Origin: Xylographa opegraphella
Lineage: Eukaryota
Assembly (NCBI GenBank): GCA_022813865.1
Contig: JALDZX010000083.1
Location: 1 to 64,000, forward strand
Direction: 5' to 3'
Length of the DNA stretch: 64,000 nt
In this document: positions 13,122 through 26,754 of the stretch, in pieces
Position numbering within the stretch: position 1 is the stretch's first letter
Layout: each line of letters starts with the position of its first letter
Notes under the pieces: model-generated
Databases searched by the model: none
Told to the model about the DNA's origin: nothing
The model's input: the letters and a program-made list of their open reading frames with translations, nothing else
Translations under genes and position numbers: made by a program

Positions 13122-13511
13122 CTTGGAACCGCCATAATCTTGCTGACCAGCTGCATCGAGATCGGTTCGAGAGGAACCCCCTGTGCAAAAGAAACCCGCT
13201 TCATGACTTCGATTCGATACGAAAGACCTACAGCACAGCTGTCCACATTCGGTTTCTGACGTCCAATGATGAGTCCCTACCTTCAAAACGTCCGTCTTGT
13301 GTTCTGCCATGAGACTGTTCTGCAGATAGGGTCGATCTTTCACTCTGACTCTATATGTTGCGTACCGAACACCGCATTTGTCAACGTATATGGCTTGATT
13401 CGCTCAATATGGTCGAACTTGTATGGCAGTAGCGACCAGTCCGAAATGGGTATGTCCGATCACATCAGAGACCATGATAAACCAGGGAGTCAGTAGCACG
13501 CAGAATCCGAG

Positions 13512-14623
13512 TCACTCCTCACTACATTCGGGCGCAGGCTTTCCATTCTGTTCCTTGCGTCCATGTCTGACACCCTTCACAAGCTCCGCTTTCACCAATA
13601 CTGGAATCACTGATCCCGTAAGAAGCGGAAACGGGCGGTGGCCGATGACTCTCAACAATCCAGCAATGGCGCCCGAATGGCTGGTGAACGACATCCATGT
13701 GTTCTGATCGTTCTCAAAGATGTCGTCGAGCAGTATAGTCAGCCGAGCATCAAGAGCCGAGTCGGGTTCCCGGAAATCAGCTGACCAAAGCTCGTCGTCT
13801 TCAGTCAATGAGGGCTCGATGATGTAGCTTGGGTAGTGCGTGCGGATATATGTTTTGCTAGATCGACGATCGCAGGTGTGAAGCCCATTTGTTTCGCGCA
13901 GGAGCTTGCCACCTTATCAGAACGATATTGCGGGATATCATGACAGGCGAGAATTTACCTCCTTCACGGTTGGCACAAACGGCCGCTCAGCAGGGAGCTC
14001 CAGCTCGGAGAATGTGACCTGCGCTGTCATTAGACACCTATCTAGGGGACTCGCATAGTAGCTCTGCGGAGCTGGCATCCTTTGATCGATAAACTGCTTG
14101 GCCCAGAAGTCGTGGGCCTTTTGCGCCTGTGCAATACCAACAGTTGTAAGGTGAGCATCGGCCCAGCTCAACGTGCCGTCGGTCTCAAGGAGAGACCATT
14201 TACACTGCATACTTGTTTAACTGGTAAATACAATGAACAGAGTATCTCTCAAATAGAAGCCCTACATTCCATGCTGACGTTCCATATTGTGCTTCGGCGA
14301 CATTGTGCACACCTTGCCCATGCCGTCCCAGAAACAGAATTTTGTACTCAACATTCGGGCCATCGACAGCATTCAGGTTACGAAGTTGCTCCTCAAACAT
14401 GGCCCATCGTGTTTCCACATCCTCTGCAGCATTGGAGAAGGCTTTGAGTCCAAAATTGAGGGCTGTCTTACGCAACCATTAACCAAATGCAGCAGTCCAA
14501 CGACTCACTGCTGAGGCATACATAGTCAAAGGTTTTCGGATCTGGCTCCGCGTCATCTTGCAGGAAATACCCTGTGACAGTCGAGTACTTTCTAAAGTAC
14601 GTGGGTCCGCGTTGACCTGCCAT
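13512..14623 (-). CDS. Histidine phosphatase / phosphoglycerate mutase family protein (Pmu1-like)
   Basis: FLGRHGQGVHN, DAHLT..G, SPLDRC, TSHSG motifs over four exons; start MAGQRGP..GYFLQDD. Confidence 0.9.
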
Positions 14624-15530
14624 GATGATCCAGCAGACAAGGAGGGTTACAAAGAACAAACCCGAACTATTGAGTATAGAAATCAGTACTGAGTGAAGTG
14701 TGAGGCTGATCCATGAACACAAGGCTGGGCTTTGGGTATCCTCGACATGGGGGCTTACGTACATCACAATAGGGATGCCGCAGTACTTCCTTTTATGAAA
14801 TCGATTACATTGAGCGTATGAGGACATTTGACTGGTACAACGTTAATTGTGGCAAACATTCACTGCTACAGTAGTTCCATAAGCACGTGGCATCCTGCGC
14901 ACGCCAGTGACAGTCAGACAGTTGTGCTTGGCGAAAGGGGCGGGCAACTTAGCGAGGCCCCCCTAATCGCTCACGTGAAAGACGAAAAGGAGCAAAAGTG
15001 CGGGGATGTTTTAGGCAGGGCGCCCCTGAGTTGACGAACTATCACCTATTAGCCCTCCACACAACCTCCCTGAATAATCATATTTTAGAATGAGCTGAGT
15101 GGTCGAACATAGTTGGTAGTCTAGCTTTATAAGTGGGGAAAACGAGGTGAACAGAGATCGTGACGACGAAGCCGGTTTTCTCGTTATTATAAATAGGCGG
15201 AGTTGAGCATTCAAAGATCTCAAAAACGCGCGACACAACAGACTTTTGATTTATTTATCGTTCCAGGACTCGTTACCAGTACGAGTCCGGATTCGGCACA
15301 GGCAAAACACTCGAAAGCGATTGTACGCCAGGCATTGTAGGGAAGGCAGGCAGGGTAGTGAAGACATCATAATTTTCGCTAGATTAGAAAAGTGAGCATA
15401 CAGAGCGACGGCCAGCTGCAAATTGCCTGCCTTCACATGTTCCGATCTCAACGGTTCCATATCAATCCCACGCCGAGATGCAACTCCACCATGCCAGAAC
15501 CAAGAACGCCTTTTGCACTCCATTGTTTCT

Positions 15531-16797
15531 CTACGACCTTTTCGCATGCTCTTTCTCCACTTCGTACATCTATAAAGTCGACGTTAGTGAATGTTGAGCA
15601 ATGGTAGCAAAAGGAACTTACAAAATCAAAGTATCCCTTGTCGAAATGATGCACACGCACATATCCGTCCTCGCCTCCACTTGCGTAACCACGGCCTTGA
15701 GGATCTACAGCTACGGTGTTGAGTGGCCCGAAGTGGCCTTTCACTCTTCCAATCTCGTCCTCAAAAATCTTGTGGTAGAACCGAGCCTCGAATTTTCCTT
15801 GCCGCGAAGATGTGGTTGTGACGTCCATAGCAGCTTGGCCACCGCCGAGGATCACAAAATCCTTCTTGGGGGTTATTGCAGCAGTGTTCAGTGGTGTATC
15901 GGAAACATAGGTTTTCAGGAGTTGGAGGTCGCGTGCAGATAGGATCTGCAACCATTAGTGATGGTACCTTATACAAAGCAGAAGACCTTACTTTGGCAGT
16001 CTTATCTTTCGAGGCTGTAATGAAATAAGTCCGGTCAGGAGACCATTGCAGATCAGTGACCTGCATTCCATCCTCGTGCACTGGTTCATTGATTAGGAGT
16101 TCACCGCTCTGTGAGGATTAGACAAAGCATTAGGACAAGTCCGAGGAAAATCAATTACCTTTCCATCATATTGAGACACAGATCCGTCCTCGTGACCCGC
16201 AATAATGTACTTTGACAGATAACTCCATCCTGCCACTGTTGCTTTGCTTTCGTCACAAGTGATTGTCAGGCTTCTGTCATCTGTTTGTTCGGCGTCCACG
16301 TCGATTTTGACATCGAAAACCACTATCGTGCCAAGGAAACCCATGCGCTTCTCTGTCACTGCTAACAATTGCGTCCCATCTTCTGAAAACTCCACTCTTT
16401 TCACAGCTGTGTTGAATTCCCAGACTTTTAAGCATTTGCCTGTTCTTATGTCCCATAGCCTCACTGTGTTATCTGCAGCGCCACTTGCAAGAAGGGTAGT
16501 TGAAGGATCGACATCGACCGTCCATAAAGCACCTTGGTGGCCATGGTAAGTTCCAAGTCGCTCTCCGTTTGCTGAAAACCAAGCGCAAATGACCTGATCC
16601 TTTGCCGTAGAGAAAAGAATGTCTCCGTCTCTGGTATATCTTGCTTTAGGTCAGTGTTTGGTACTGAAGACTTTTAACTATGATCTCACTTTATCTGTGT
16701 CAGAGATCGCTCCTATAGTCGCAAATTTAGCTTGTACAGATTTGAAGTTGTGACAATGCTTATCACTTACATGACCTTGCAGTAATATAGGCCTCAT
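15531..16797 (-). CDS. TIF34: Translation initiation factor eIF3 subunit i (WD40)
   Basis: [17 protein letters not shown] start, [33 protein letters not shown]; multi-exon. Confidence 0.97.
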
Positions 16798-17090
16798 GGT
16801 GATTAATGGTACCTGCTAGGGGAGTTGTGGGCAAAGATTCTTGATATAACAAGCGAAAAGTTACTAGTGCGGTATGACTCAGGTGGTGTTCCCCCACAGT
16901 TGACTCCGATTTTGGCTTCCGCCCGTCAATCAAATTTTTTTTGAGAGCGGCTAGCATGAAACACAATTATGACACCTGAGATACTTTGGTGAAAGGCAAT
17001 TGTAAGAACTCCAGATTTCATGCAACACCTAGATTCATATGATTGTACTTGTGTGAGACAAGTGGACCATGTGGAGAGCTTTGCCGTATC

Positions 17091-20000
17091 ATGAAGATCT
17101 TATGCAGCCCTAATACGTCGATCTATCGGCACAGATTCTACAAAAGCTCATTCACTGAAGCTGCAATAGCACGTGACAGGTTCTGTCCTCACTCTGTTAC
17201 CTCCGTATTGGCTGCCCAATATCATTCCAGCCTACGGGCAGTGGGGCGTCTTTCTATACCGAGCATTGGAAGCTCACAGCGCCTTATCCTCAGTCCCCAG
17301 CGGACTGTGCTTTCACGCGCTGCACACGGGAAGAAGCAATTCTCGAGTACCAGTTACGCAATGGCGGCTGAAAGAATAGATGGCACTGCCATTGCCAAAG
17401 CCATTCGAGAGAGGATCAATACCGACATTAAGGAAAAGCAAGCCAAAAATCCTCGCTACAGGCCATCGTTGACCATCGTGCAAGTCGGAGACAGATCCGA
17501 TTCCAGTACCTATGTCCGGATGAAGCTCAAAGCTGCAGAAGAAGCCAATATCAAATGTGACCTCATGCATTATCCCGAATCTATCACAGAGGCCGAGCTC
17601 CTCCAGCACATCATACGCTTCAACAACGACCCTTCAATACATGGCATCCTTGTGCAACTGCCTGTGCCCAATCATATTTCAGAGCACGCAATAACATCAG
17701 CAGTAGCGGATGAGAAGGATGTCGACGGATTTGGTGTTAGCAATATCGGCGAATTGGCTAAACGAGGAGGGAAGCCCCTATTTACGCCGTGCACTCCCAA
17801 AGGTGTCATGGTTTTGCTGCAAGAAAGTGGGGTGGATATCAGGGGAAAGAATGCTGTGGTCCTAGGTCGGAGTGACATCGTCGGAAGCCCTGTGAGCTAT
17901 CTGTTAAAAAACGCGGACGCTACGGTCACTGTCTGTCATTCAAGAACTCAAGGACTAGAAGATTATGTGAAGAGAGCAGATATCCTAATTGCAGCAATTG
18001 GAAAACCAAATTTTGTCAAGGGAGACTGGCTGAAGCCTGGAGCGGTAGTCATCGATGTAGGCACCAATTACGTTCCTGATGAATCTAAGAAATCGGGTCA
18101 AAAGCTTGTCGGAGATGTGGACTTTGAGTCCGCGATCGAAGTGGCCTCCAAGATCACTCCTGTTCCCGGAGGAGTTGGCCCGATGACAGTTGCCATGCTT
18201 CTACAAAACGTAGTAGATTCCGCGACAAGCTATTTTGAGCGGCAGAAAGCAAGACATATACGACCTCTACCGATCAAATTGAATAGTCCGGTCCCATCCG
18301 ATATTGCTATCTCACGCGCACAACGGCCTAAGCCAATCACGCAAATAGCAGAAGAGATTGGTATTTCACCTCACGAGCTTGAACCTTATGGTGCGTACAA
18401 AGCAAAAGTGGACCTGACATTGCTACAACGTTTGGGACATAGACGAAATGGACGCTATGTTCTCGTTGCTGGTATTACTCCTACTCCTCTTGGCGAAGGC
18501 AAATCGACGACAACTATGGGTCTCACACAAGCACTTGGTGCGCATCTCAATCGTATAGCTTTCGCCAACGTGAGACAGCCCAGTCAAGGACCTACCTTTG
18601 GCATCAAGGGGGGTGCGGCCGGCGGAGGGTATAGTCAAGTTATTCCCATGGACGAGTTCAACTTGCATTTGACTGGAGATATCCATGCTGTCACAGCGGC
18701 GAACAATCTGCTAGCTGCAGCTATCGAGACAAGGATGTTCCACGAAGCGACTCAGAAAGACGGACCCTTATACAAACGGCTAGTACCTACCAAAAAGGGG
18801 AAAAGGGAATTTCAGCCTATTATGTTTCGGCGATTAAAAAAGCTTGGTATCGAAAAGACAAATCCCGATGATTTGACAAAGGAAGAAATAACAAAATTCG
18901 CGAGGTTGGATATTGATCCCGATACAATAACATGGCGTCGGGTGCTTGATGTCAATGATCGGCATTTGAGAGGCATCACAGTAGGACAGGCTCCTACAGA
19001 GAAAGGGTCAAGTCGAGAGACTGGGTTTGATATCTCCGTTGCCAGTGAATGCATGGCAATTCTTGCTCTGAGCAATGACCTAGGAGATATGAGAGAACGT
19101 CTGGGCAGAATGGTCGTGGCAACATCGAGAAGCGGCGACCCTGTTACCAGCGATGACATTGGTGCCGGGGGTGCTCTCACAGCTTTGATGAAGGATGCGA
19201 TCAAACCGAACTTGATGCAGACACTCGAAGGCACGCCCGTTTTTGTACACGCAGGACCTTTTGCAAATATCAGTATTGGCGCGAGTTCAGTATTGGCAGA
19301 TAAAATGGCTTTGAAACTCGCAGGTACCGAATTGGACGAGAACCATGATGAAAAAACTGGTTTTGTAGTCACGGAAGCTGGCTTCGACTTTACTATGGGC
19401 GGCGAAAGATTCTTCAACATCAAGTGCCGCTCGTCAGGTTTGATTCCAGATGTTGTTGTCATAGTTGCAACAGTCCGCGCTTTGAAAGTCCACGGAGGTG
19501 GTCCCGAAATCACTCCAGGTGGAGCTCTTCATGAAGTTTACCGCACAGAGAATGTTAATATACTGAGGCGTGGATGCGTGAATCTCAAGAAACATATCTC
19601 TAATGCCAGATACTATGGCGTACCGGTCGTCGTGGCTATTAACAAAATGGAGACAGACACGGAGGCCGAGATCGCGGTCATTCGAGAAGAGTCATTAGCG
19701 GCCGGTGCAGATGACGCTATACCCGCCAATCATTGGGCAGAGGGCGGCAGAGGCGCGGTGGACCTTGCTAAAGGAGTCATCACCGCAAGCGCCAAAGATA
19801 AAGATTTCAAACTACTCTACGAGACGACTGGTAGCGTGCAAGACCGCATTGAACGTATTGGCAAAATCATGTATGGCGCCGACAAAGTAGAGTTCAGCGA
19901 GCTAGCTCAGAAAAAGGTCGATATGTACGAAAAGCAAGGGTTTGGGAACCTGCCTATCTGCATCGCTAAGACACAGTACTCACTCAGCCACGATCCTGCA

Positions 20001-20227
20001 TTGAAGGGTGCTCCAATTGGCTTCACTGTACCTATTCGGGATGTGAGGCTGGCTGTTGGAGCTGGGTATCTGTAAGTAAAGCTGGCTGAAAGGAAGAATT
20101 TTAACTAATGTAACCCAGGTATGCACTAGCCGCTGATATACAGACCATTCCTGGTTTACCTACAGCCCCTGGCTATCTGAACGTCGATGTTGACCCAGAG
20201 ACTGCAGAAATTGATGGGCTCTTCTGA
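17091..20227 (+). CDS. ADE3: C1-tetrahydrofolate synthase (dehydrogenase/cyclohydrolase/synthetase) with putative mitochondrial presequence; second ATG at 17361
   Basis: TPVPGGVGPMTV, ITPTPLGEGKSTT, GIKGGAAGGGYSQV, VHAGPFANI; intron 20072-20118; ends EIDGLF*. Confidence 0.97.
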
Positions 20228-20684
20228 TGCAAATATATCAACAGGAAAAATAGTTTCTAACGTCAACATGAAGCTTAACAGGTTCAATTGTCGATAGAAC
20301 TAGAGCTTGCCACTTACGCATATTCAACAATGGCGTTTGGCAGGAGAATTAGATACCACGAGGCGCACGATTTATTAGTATATCAAATTCAACTTCAAAA
20401 TTCAATCCAAGCTTTGTACAAATTTTAAAGTAGAGGTCAAGCTCTCCTTGTGACTCTTAAGACTCTGGCAGTATCCTTACTAGATCTGAATTGCCCTTGT
20501 TCGTTCGCATAGAGAGCTGTAAAGCCCTAAAGTGGGCTAGATGCCGAGGCTCGCGGAAATCACCCGAGCCCCGCTGTTGACACGGAGTTTTGGAGCTTTT
20601 CACAAACCAGAGCTCAGAGCACTATACGAAGAAAAGCCTGCGTCCCCTCAATCTTTTTAAAGACTGACCAGAAGTCAATTGGTA

Positions 20685-22111
20685 ATGAACGCCCTCTGGG
20701 CACCCTCTCCTTTTCGAGTAGGCTACTCGATCCCCCTCCGAAGAGCGGCCGCGATACGCCCCACCCCAATTTTGTCCACACGTTCAAGGCAATCGCATTC
20801 ACCGATCTACAGAAAAGCCATGTCTTCCACTCGCAAGATTAAGGTCAAAAACCCTGTTGTTGAGCTTGATGGCGACGAGATGACCCGAATAATATGGCAA
20901 GACATTAAAGACAAATTCATCCACCCGTACCTCGACATTGACTTGAAATACTATGATCTCGGCTTGCCATACCGGGATGAAACCAATGATCAGGTCACTC
21001 TCGATGCCGCAGCTGCGATAAAGAAGTACTCCGTCGGGGTCAAATGCGCGACTATCACGCCTGATGAGGCGAGGATGAAGGAGTTCAAGTTGAAAAAGAT
21101 GTGGCTAAGCCCTAATGGTACAATCCGAAACTACTTGGGTGGGACAGTCTTTAGGGAGTCAATCATTATCCCGCGGATACCCAGACTGGTGCCAGGTTGG
21201 AAGCAGCCGATTATTATCGGCAGACATGCTTTCGGAGATCAATACAGGGCGAAAGATCTGGTAGTGAAGGGGCCCGGCACATTGGAGATGGTTTACACGC
21301 CTAAAAGTGGAGAGCCAGAGCGGATCAAAGTCTATGAATTCGGGCAGGATGGAGGCGTGGCTCAAACGCAGTATAATACTGATGAGTCGATAAGTGGATT
21401 CGCTCATGCCAGTTTCAAGCTTGCATTGAGCAAGCCGTTGCCACTGTATATGAGTACTAAGAATACTATTCTGAAGAAATACGATGGGCGATTTAAGGAC
21501 ATATTTCAGGAGATATTTGAGAAAGAGTACGAGACACAGTTTAAGGAGAAAGGCATCTGGTATGAACACAGGTTGATTGACGACATGGTGGCTCAGATGA
21601 TGAAGAGTGCTGGTGGATACGTGATGGCACTGAAAAGTAATTCTTCGATACCGGACCATACCCACACGATGCTGACATAGCTCCAGACTATGATGGCGAT
21701 GTACTGTCCGACATCGTAGCCCAGGGCTTCGGTTCGCTCGGCCTCATGACCTCTGTCCTCATCACCCCTGATGGCAAGACTTACGAGTCCGAAGCCGCAC
21801 ATGGTACTGTGACACGGCATTTCCGCGAACATCAGAAAGGGAAAGAAACATCCACGAATCCAATAGCATCCATTTTTGCGTGGACAAGAGGTCTCGAGCG
21901 ACGAGGAGTGTTGGACGAAACACCGGAAGTGGTGGCTTTCGCGGAAAGCCTGGAACAGGCTTGTATTGATACTGTAAATGTGGATGGCGTTATGACAAAG
22001 GACCTGGCACTAGCGTGCGGGAAGACGGAGCGGAAGGATTACGCAACCACGAAAGAGTATATGGCTGCGGTCGAGAGGAGAATGCAGCAGAACCTGAAGG
22101 CGAAGCTATGA
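20685..22111 (+). CDS. IDP1: NADP-dependent isocitrate dehydrogenase; N-terminal presequence, second ATG at 20820, C-terminal PTS1 (AKL)
   Basis: [40 protein letters not shown]; intron 21637-21686. Confidence 0.97.
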
Positions 22112-22404
22112 GCTATTATTGTATGGTATAACAGTGTATATAGATCCGAGCACTCCGTTTGGATAGTGTAGTCTTGTAAATACTCGTTAACGAAGTTTCC
22201 ACTTCTCAAACGAGCTCGCAAGGTCTGGAAAGTTCACAGAAATCTGTTTGTCCGTCATGCATAACAACTGCCGTAAAGCTCTATCGCTATCGAAGCTTTC
22301 ATGCTCATAATACAAATCTTTTCTCACTCCTTTAAACTCCTCTCGAAAAATTGCTTTCCGCCCTCTTCACCTCGCTCACATGGCTCCTCCCTCACACTCC
22401 GACT

Positions 22405-22917
22405 CTAGTGCCTGTCCGCTAACGGCTCTCCCGTCTTCGGACTGATTTTAAGCACTCTGGCCACCTTGTTGAGAAGCGCCTGATTCTTTATCGCCGTGCC
22501 GCTCTCCAACAGCTTGATATCATTCGCTTGTGCGTTCACTTTCTGTGCCAGCTGCGCCTGCGTTAACTTGAAGCCCTCCTGCGCCCGCCGGTTCTTGATC
22601 GCCTCTGCGATCTTCGTGTCCAGCTTCTGAGGCGCTACGATGTCGTCCGAGCGGTCGACCTTTGTGAGGCGCTGGCCTTCGGAGGAGGCGGATTTGTTGG
22701 ACTAGTGGACATTAGTATTGAGCAAGAGGGTGTAAGCAATGAAGGCGATGCAGCTTACGGCGTTGCCGGCTGTGAACTTCTTCTCTGTGGCAATGATGGC
22801 TCCGGACCGTTGGGCTGCGTTCAGCGCGGCTTTGCCGCGGACGATGGTCTCGCGCTGGGCGGCGCCCCCTCCGGATTTGGAGCCGATTTTTGTGACAGTG
22901 TCCCAGTCGTCAGACAT
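22405..22917 (-). CDS. MBF1: Multiprotein bridging factor 1
   Basis: [21 protein letters not shown], one intron (~22702-22758), then [15 protein letters not shown] and HTH region [10 protein letters not shown]. Confidence 0.93.
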
Positions 22918-23898
22918 TATAGTGGCTTTAATGGGGGCTCAGGGAGATGTGTTTAGTGGTATACGGAGATTATGTAAGTGAGCTGAGTTTTTCTGGTATT
23001 GTATACTTCTCGGAGAAAGTGGTGGAGGAATAGATATGAACAGATTACTATACTTCGTAATGCGGCTGATGGACTTTATTACACGTCGTTGAAGCCGCCG
23101 AGGATGAATCATAGGCTAGTATAGATAGGGCATAGACCGCCACCACCGCCGCTTGTTTCGCTGTTCTCGGCCAGGCACGGAATCTCTCGAGCCTCTCAAT
23201 CAATAATCCCAAGATTCTCTGGACACTTGGTTATCTCGAGAGAAGCGTGTGCATTGCGGGGATCACATTTCATGCTCAACAAAATGACTTTCTTTACTAC
23301 GAAGTCCAAACTGGGTTTTCTAGATGGAGCAAATAGCCCTTAATATTTCTCTAATCCTATTTATATCAATGAGTATGTCGTTCTGAAAACGACGAGCCTC
23401 TTATTATATATGCATCTCGTATGCCATAGCCAAGGGTGGCAAGTCCTAGCCGTACACCGTTTTGGTGAGCCTCGCCATTGTATCAATATTTTTTAGGCTG
23501 CAAGTACGGAGGTATCGGGCTCGTAAACTGCTCAGCTGCACTGAGAAGGCCGTACTAGATCGCGGGAGCGCTTGTAGTATGTGTCTACGGTAGGTGGGTC
23601 GGTGCAGTTAAGCGGAAAGAATGGGTTTAGACAGTATTGATGCTGTAAAGTATAGGCGCCCATAAGAAAGGAAGATTATCTTCTGAAGAAATGGCTGCAG
23701 TTTGTAGTTGTAGTTTGTAGGGCTTGTACCATGTTACTTGACTGTATATGGCTAGCGTATCTATAAGCAATGACGAGATATTGGATCTTGGCGTCTCCAT
23801 ATCAGTCTCGAGGTGGTCCTAGTAATCCATGGAAATTTTCAACGACATGGACTTCGTAGATCATACATCTGGTAGAGTAGACTTAACGTCCAAAGACG

Positions 23899-26046
23899 AT
23901 GTTCGACCCCGGCACTTCAGAGTACAGAAGCCTCCGATTTTGTAATGTCGATAATTGGATCTTAATCTGCTGCCTCACAGGTTGGGTATTCCGTGGCATT
24001 TTCAACAGAGAGGGATGTAAGCGAGATGGCCTGCTGCTTATAGGCGTGACAATCTTCTCTCAGTTCGGCGCATTGATTGAAGCTACAGCGTACTTGTCAA
24101 GTCCGATCGTCCCCTTCAGTGGAACATACTTCTTCGTAATAGTTCTGGCGCTCGCTATCGGGTTCCTGTTGGCCTACAGAAAAGCGCAACCCGGCGATGT
24201 GCAAATCAGCAATGAGCCAGAACGGACCGCATTGATCAATCCATTAAAACCTTTACTCTTTCCGTGCCGTACTGCTCACACTCGGCTGTTCCCAAAGAAA
24301 CACTCGTTCTCTTATTCGTACTTGCTCGTTGGCGTCCCAGTGGGATGGACCGGCTCTGTGGGATCAATGATTGCTGCGGACGCAGACATATCTATTGAAA
24401 CCGGTTCTACAAAGGCATGGTTCAGAGTGGAGGCTAGAGATCACCTTGACAGAGGTAATGCTAATCTCGGGTTGCACGGAAAACTTCGAGTCTATCTAGA
24501 GTCGCAGGTACGCTAGAGTCCATGGATCAGCATTGATAGACTCATACTTCAGTAGGGAGAGTCTATAGAACAATATCCGATTGCATACCTGGTCACAGCT
24601 CCAATGTTTCTAGGGTACGCTTTCAACCCAGTATCCTTCTGGTATCTTTATTCCAGTGAGATGCAGTTGAAAGCCATGGTCCTCGAAGTAAACAATACAT
24701 TTGATGAGAGACGGATGTATCTTTTGAAAGGTTCCAGTGACTCCGAAGCGGAGTTTTCGGCAGTCCAACAGCCCACAGCCGCTGAAGAGACAAGAATGAA
24801 GCCGCCTGGGCTGGAAAATACTGGCAGATTCACAGACGCTTGGGCAAAAGACTTCCATGTGTCCCCGTTTAGTTCTCGTAAGGGTTCCTATGCACTTTCA
24901 GCTTACGATCCATTCTTCCTATCTCAAAGTATGCCAAGGCCCATTAACAATACAATCACTCTCAGCTCGTCGAAAGACCACCCTAAGTTGGTCGCACGTA
25001 TCTTCTCCACCGGACCCGCTATCGAGCCGTCAGGGATTTCTTCGTGGTCCAAGCTTCGATTTATTGCTTCTTGGTGGTGGGTTGGTTTTGTGACATTTCC
25101 TCGGATTGTGAGGGAAGCGAGTAAGCTTTTCTTTCGGAGGAAGTTGCATATATGGTATAGACCCGAGGTCTTGAAGGATAGTATAGGAAGGACAGAAACC
25201 AAACGAGAGAAGTAAGTATCCGTGCTGATGCCCTCAACTCCTTGACTGACCATGCTCAGGACTATTGAAGATTGCTTCAGAAAGTTTCTCAAACAACAAG
25301 TCGAGCAGTCGAATGTGCAAATACCACTGAAGTACGTAGCTGCCGGGGTCGACTCGAAACGAGAAGAGATATTCTATCCAAAATCAATTACCACCGTATC
25401 CGAGAAGTTCGCACCAGATGGCCTCCAATTCAAAGTTCTGACTCCGCTCTTCTACTCCTCGGTAGCCCGTTTCGCCCGCATATCAGAGTTCATCTATTCT
25501 GAAGAACTTAGACACAACGACAAACAGCGTACCTTCTGGACATCGGACCCACAGAAGTTACTCGAAATTCTGGGCGAGAAGCAGATCCCGGATTCAGATC
25601 GAAGTAACCCACTTTCTAGTAACTGGATGAGTCAGATATATTGGGCCATACTGCGCCTTCTCCGCCGCTCGCCGCAGTATAGCGTCCCGGAAAGCGTCCT
25701 GCAAAGTACTCGGTCGCTGGATGATTCAGCCAACCACGATACCCGCTCTTTCAGGCTGTCGACTCTTGACCAATTCGTGCTTTTGAGTTGCAAGCACTCA
25801 CAGTCTGAGGAATATAGGACAGCCGTAAGCACACTCTTGCTGAGCGACTATGTTACCTTTGGCATTCCGGAGTTGATAGATGCTTTCGATTGGTGTATCA
25901 GGTCATTTCTCTGCTACGTCTCTGTTGATTTCATATCGAATTGGATGCGTACACTGTTCTCGCCATGTATCTTCATAACAGTGTCGGACGCTCTGGTGTC
26001 TTGTAACCTGTTACATTTCTGGTGGCTCGTCAAGAGTATGCTCTAG
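23899..26046 (+). CDS. DUF1365 family protein with fungal extensions
   Basis: HTRLFPKKHSFSYSY, FLGYAFNPVSFWYLY, LEVNNTFDER, KDFHVSPF; introns near 24508-24555 and 25212-25259; start uncertain. Confidence 0.85.
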
Positions 26047-26594
26047 CAGAACCCAAGACCATGTCCCATCATTGTTGGACACACTATCTGTATGGCCAGA
26101 GATTATGAAAGGCATACCAACCATGAGCAGATCTATTTGCCGCGTTTGCCTGGGTTGTACTGAAAAAATATGCTTTGCAGTGGTCCTATCGAGGATACAC
26201 AGTCTGTTAGCAACCCAGTCCCCGAAATCAACAATCAAACCAGGGGGCTTCAGAGATGGTACCAAAGTCATGCCAATGTGAACGGTTTGAGTGTCAAGCC
26301 TGACTACGAAGCACCGACCCAGCATTATATATCAACTGACCCCATGGTAGCTGATAGTTGTTAGCAGGAATTCAGTGCTGAAATCCAAGAATGACACTAG
26401 CTCTCAGCCAAACACTACAGAATAAGTGAAAGCGACTCTCATCACGTTTAGGGGCCATCCAATCAAATGTGCCACAAATTCCGCCCAAGAGCAGCAAAAG
26501 TTAAGACGCCCAGAGGCTCATTCTGCGAAACGTCGTCTGTCTATCCTGTACCAGAGTGGTTTGCTTGCAAAAAAGATCTCCTGTTTGTTGGATG

Positions 26595-26626
26595 AAAAAA
26601 TGTAAAAACATACCCGGAGGGGTATG
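26595..26626 (-). terminator. Perfect 7-bp hairpin followed by T5 and T6 tracts; putative Pol III terminator
   Basis: Minus strand CATACCC-CTCC-GGGTATG-TTTTT-ACA-TTTTTT; first run of 4 or more T downstream of the tRNA-like head. Confidence 0.6.
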
Positions 26627-26644
26627 AAACTCAGCCGGTGCTTG

Positions 26645-26752
26645 ATTTTTTTTTCCCGATGCTTTTTCACCGATCCCTTTTCTCCAACACCCTTTCCCCG
26701 ACCCCTTTTCCCCAACTCCTTTTACCCAATCCTTTTCCCAAAGCTTTTTCCA
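26645..26752. repeat. Degenerate 12-14-nt tandem array (~7-8 units, plus-strand consensus ~CCCRAYCCTTTT) with G-quadruplex motif on the minus strand
   Basis: Units cccgatgctttttc/accgatcccttttc/tccaacaccctttc/cccgacccctttt/ccccaactcctttt/acccaatcctttt/cccaaagctttttc; minus strand GGGG-AAAA-GGGG-TC-GGGG-AAA-GGG at 26690-26713. Confidence 0.85.
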
Positions 26753-26754
26753 TT

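Noticed and set aside
8185..14623. Desaturase + MFS + phosphatase as a secondary-metabolite cluster
   Set aside because: No backbone synthase (PKS, NRPS, terpene cyclase) or cluster regulator nearby.
18812..19513. 233-aa minus-strand ORF and similar antisense ORFs over IDP1, CDT1, GH20, CHS1 and MRC1
   Set aside because: Shadow frames of well-supported genes with no recognisable motifs.
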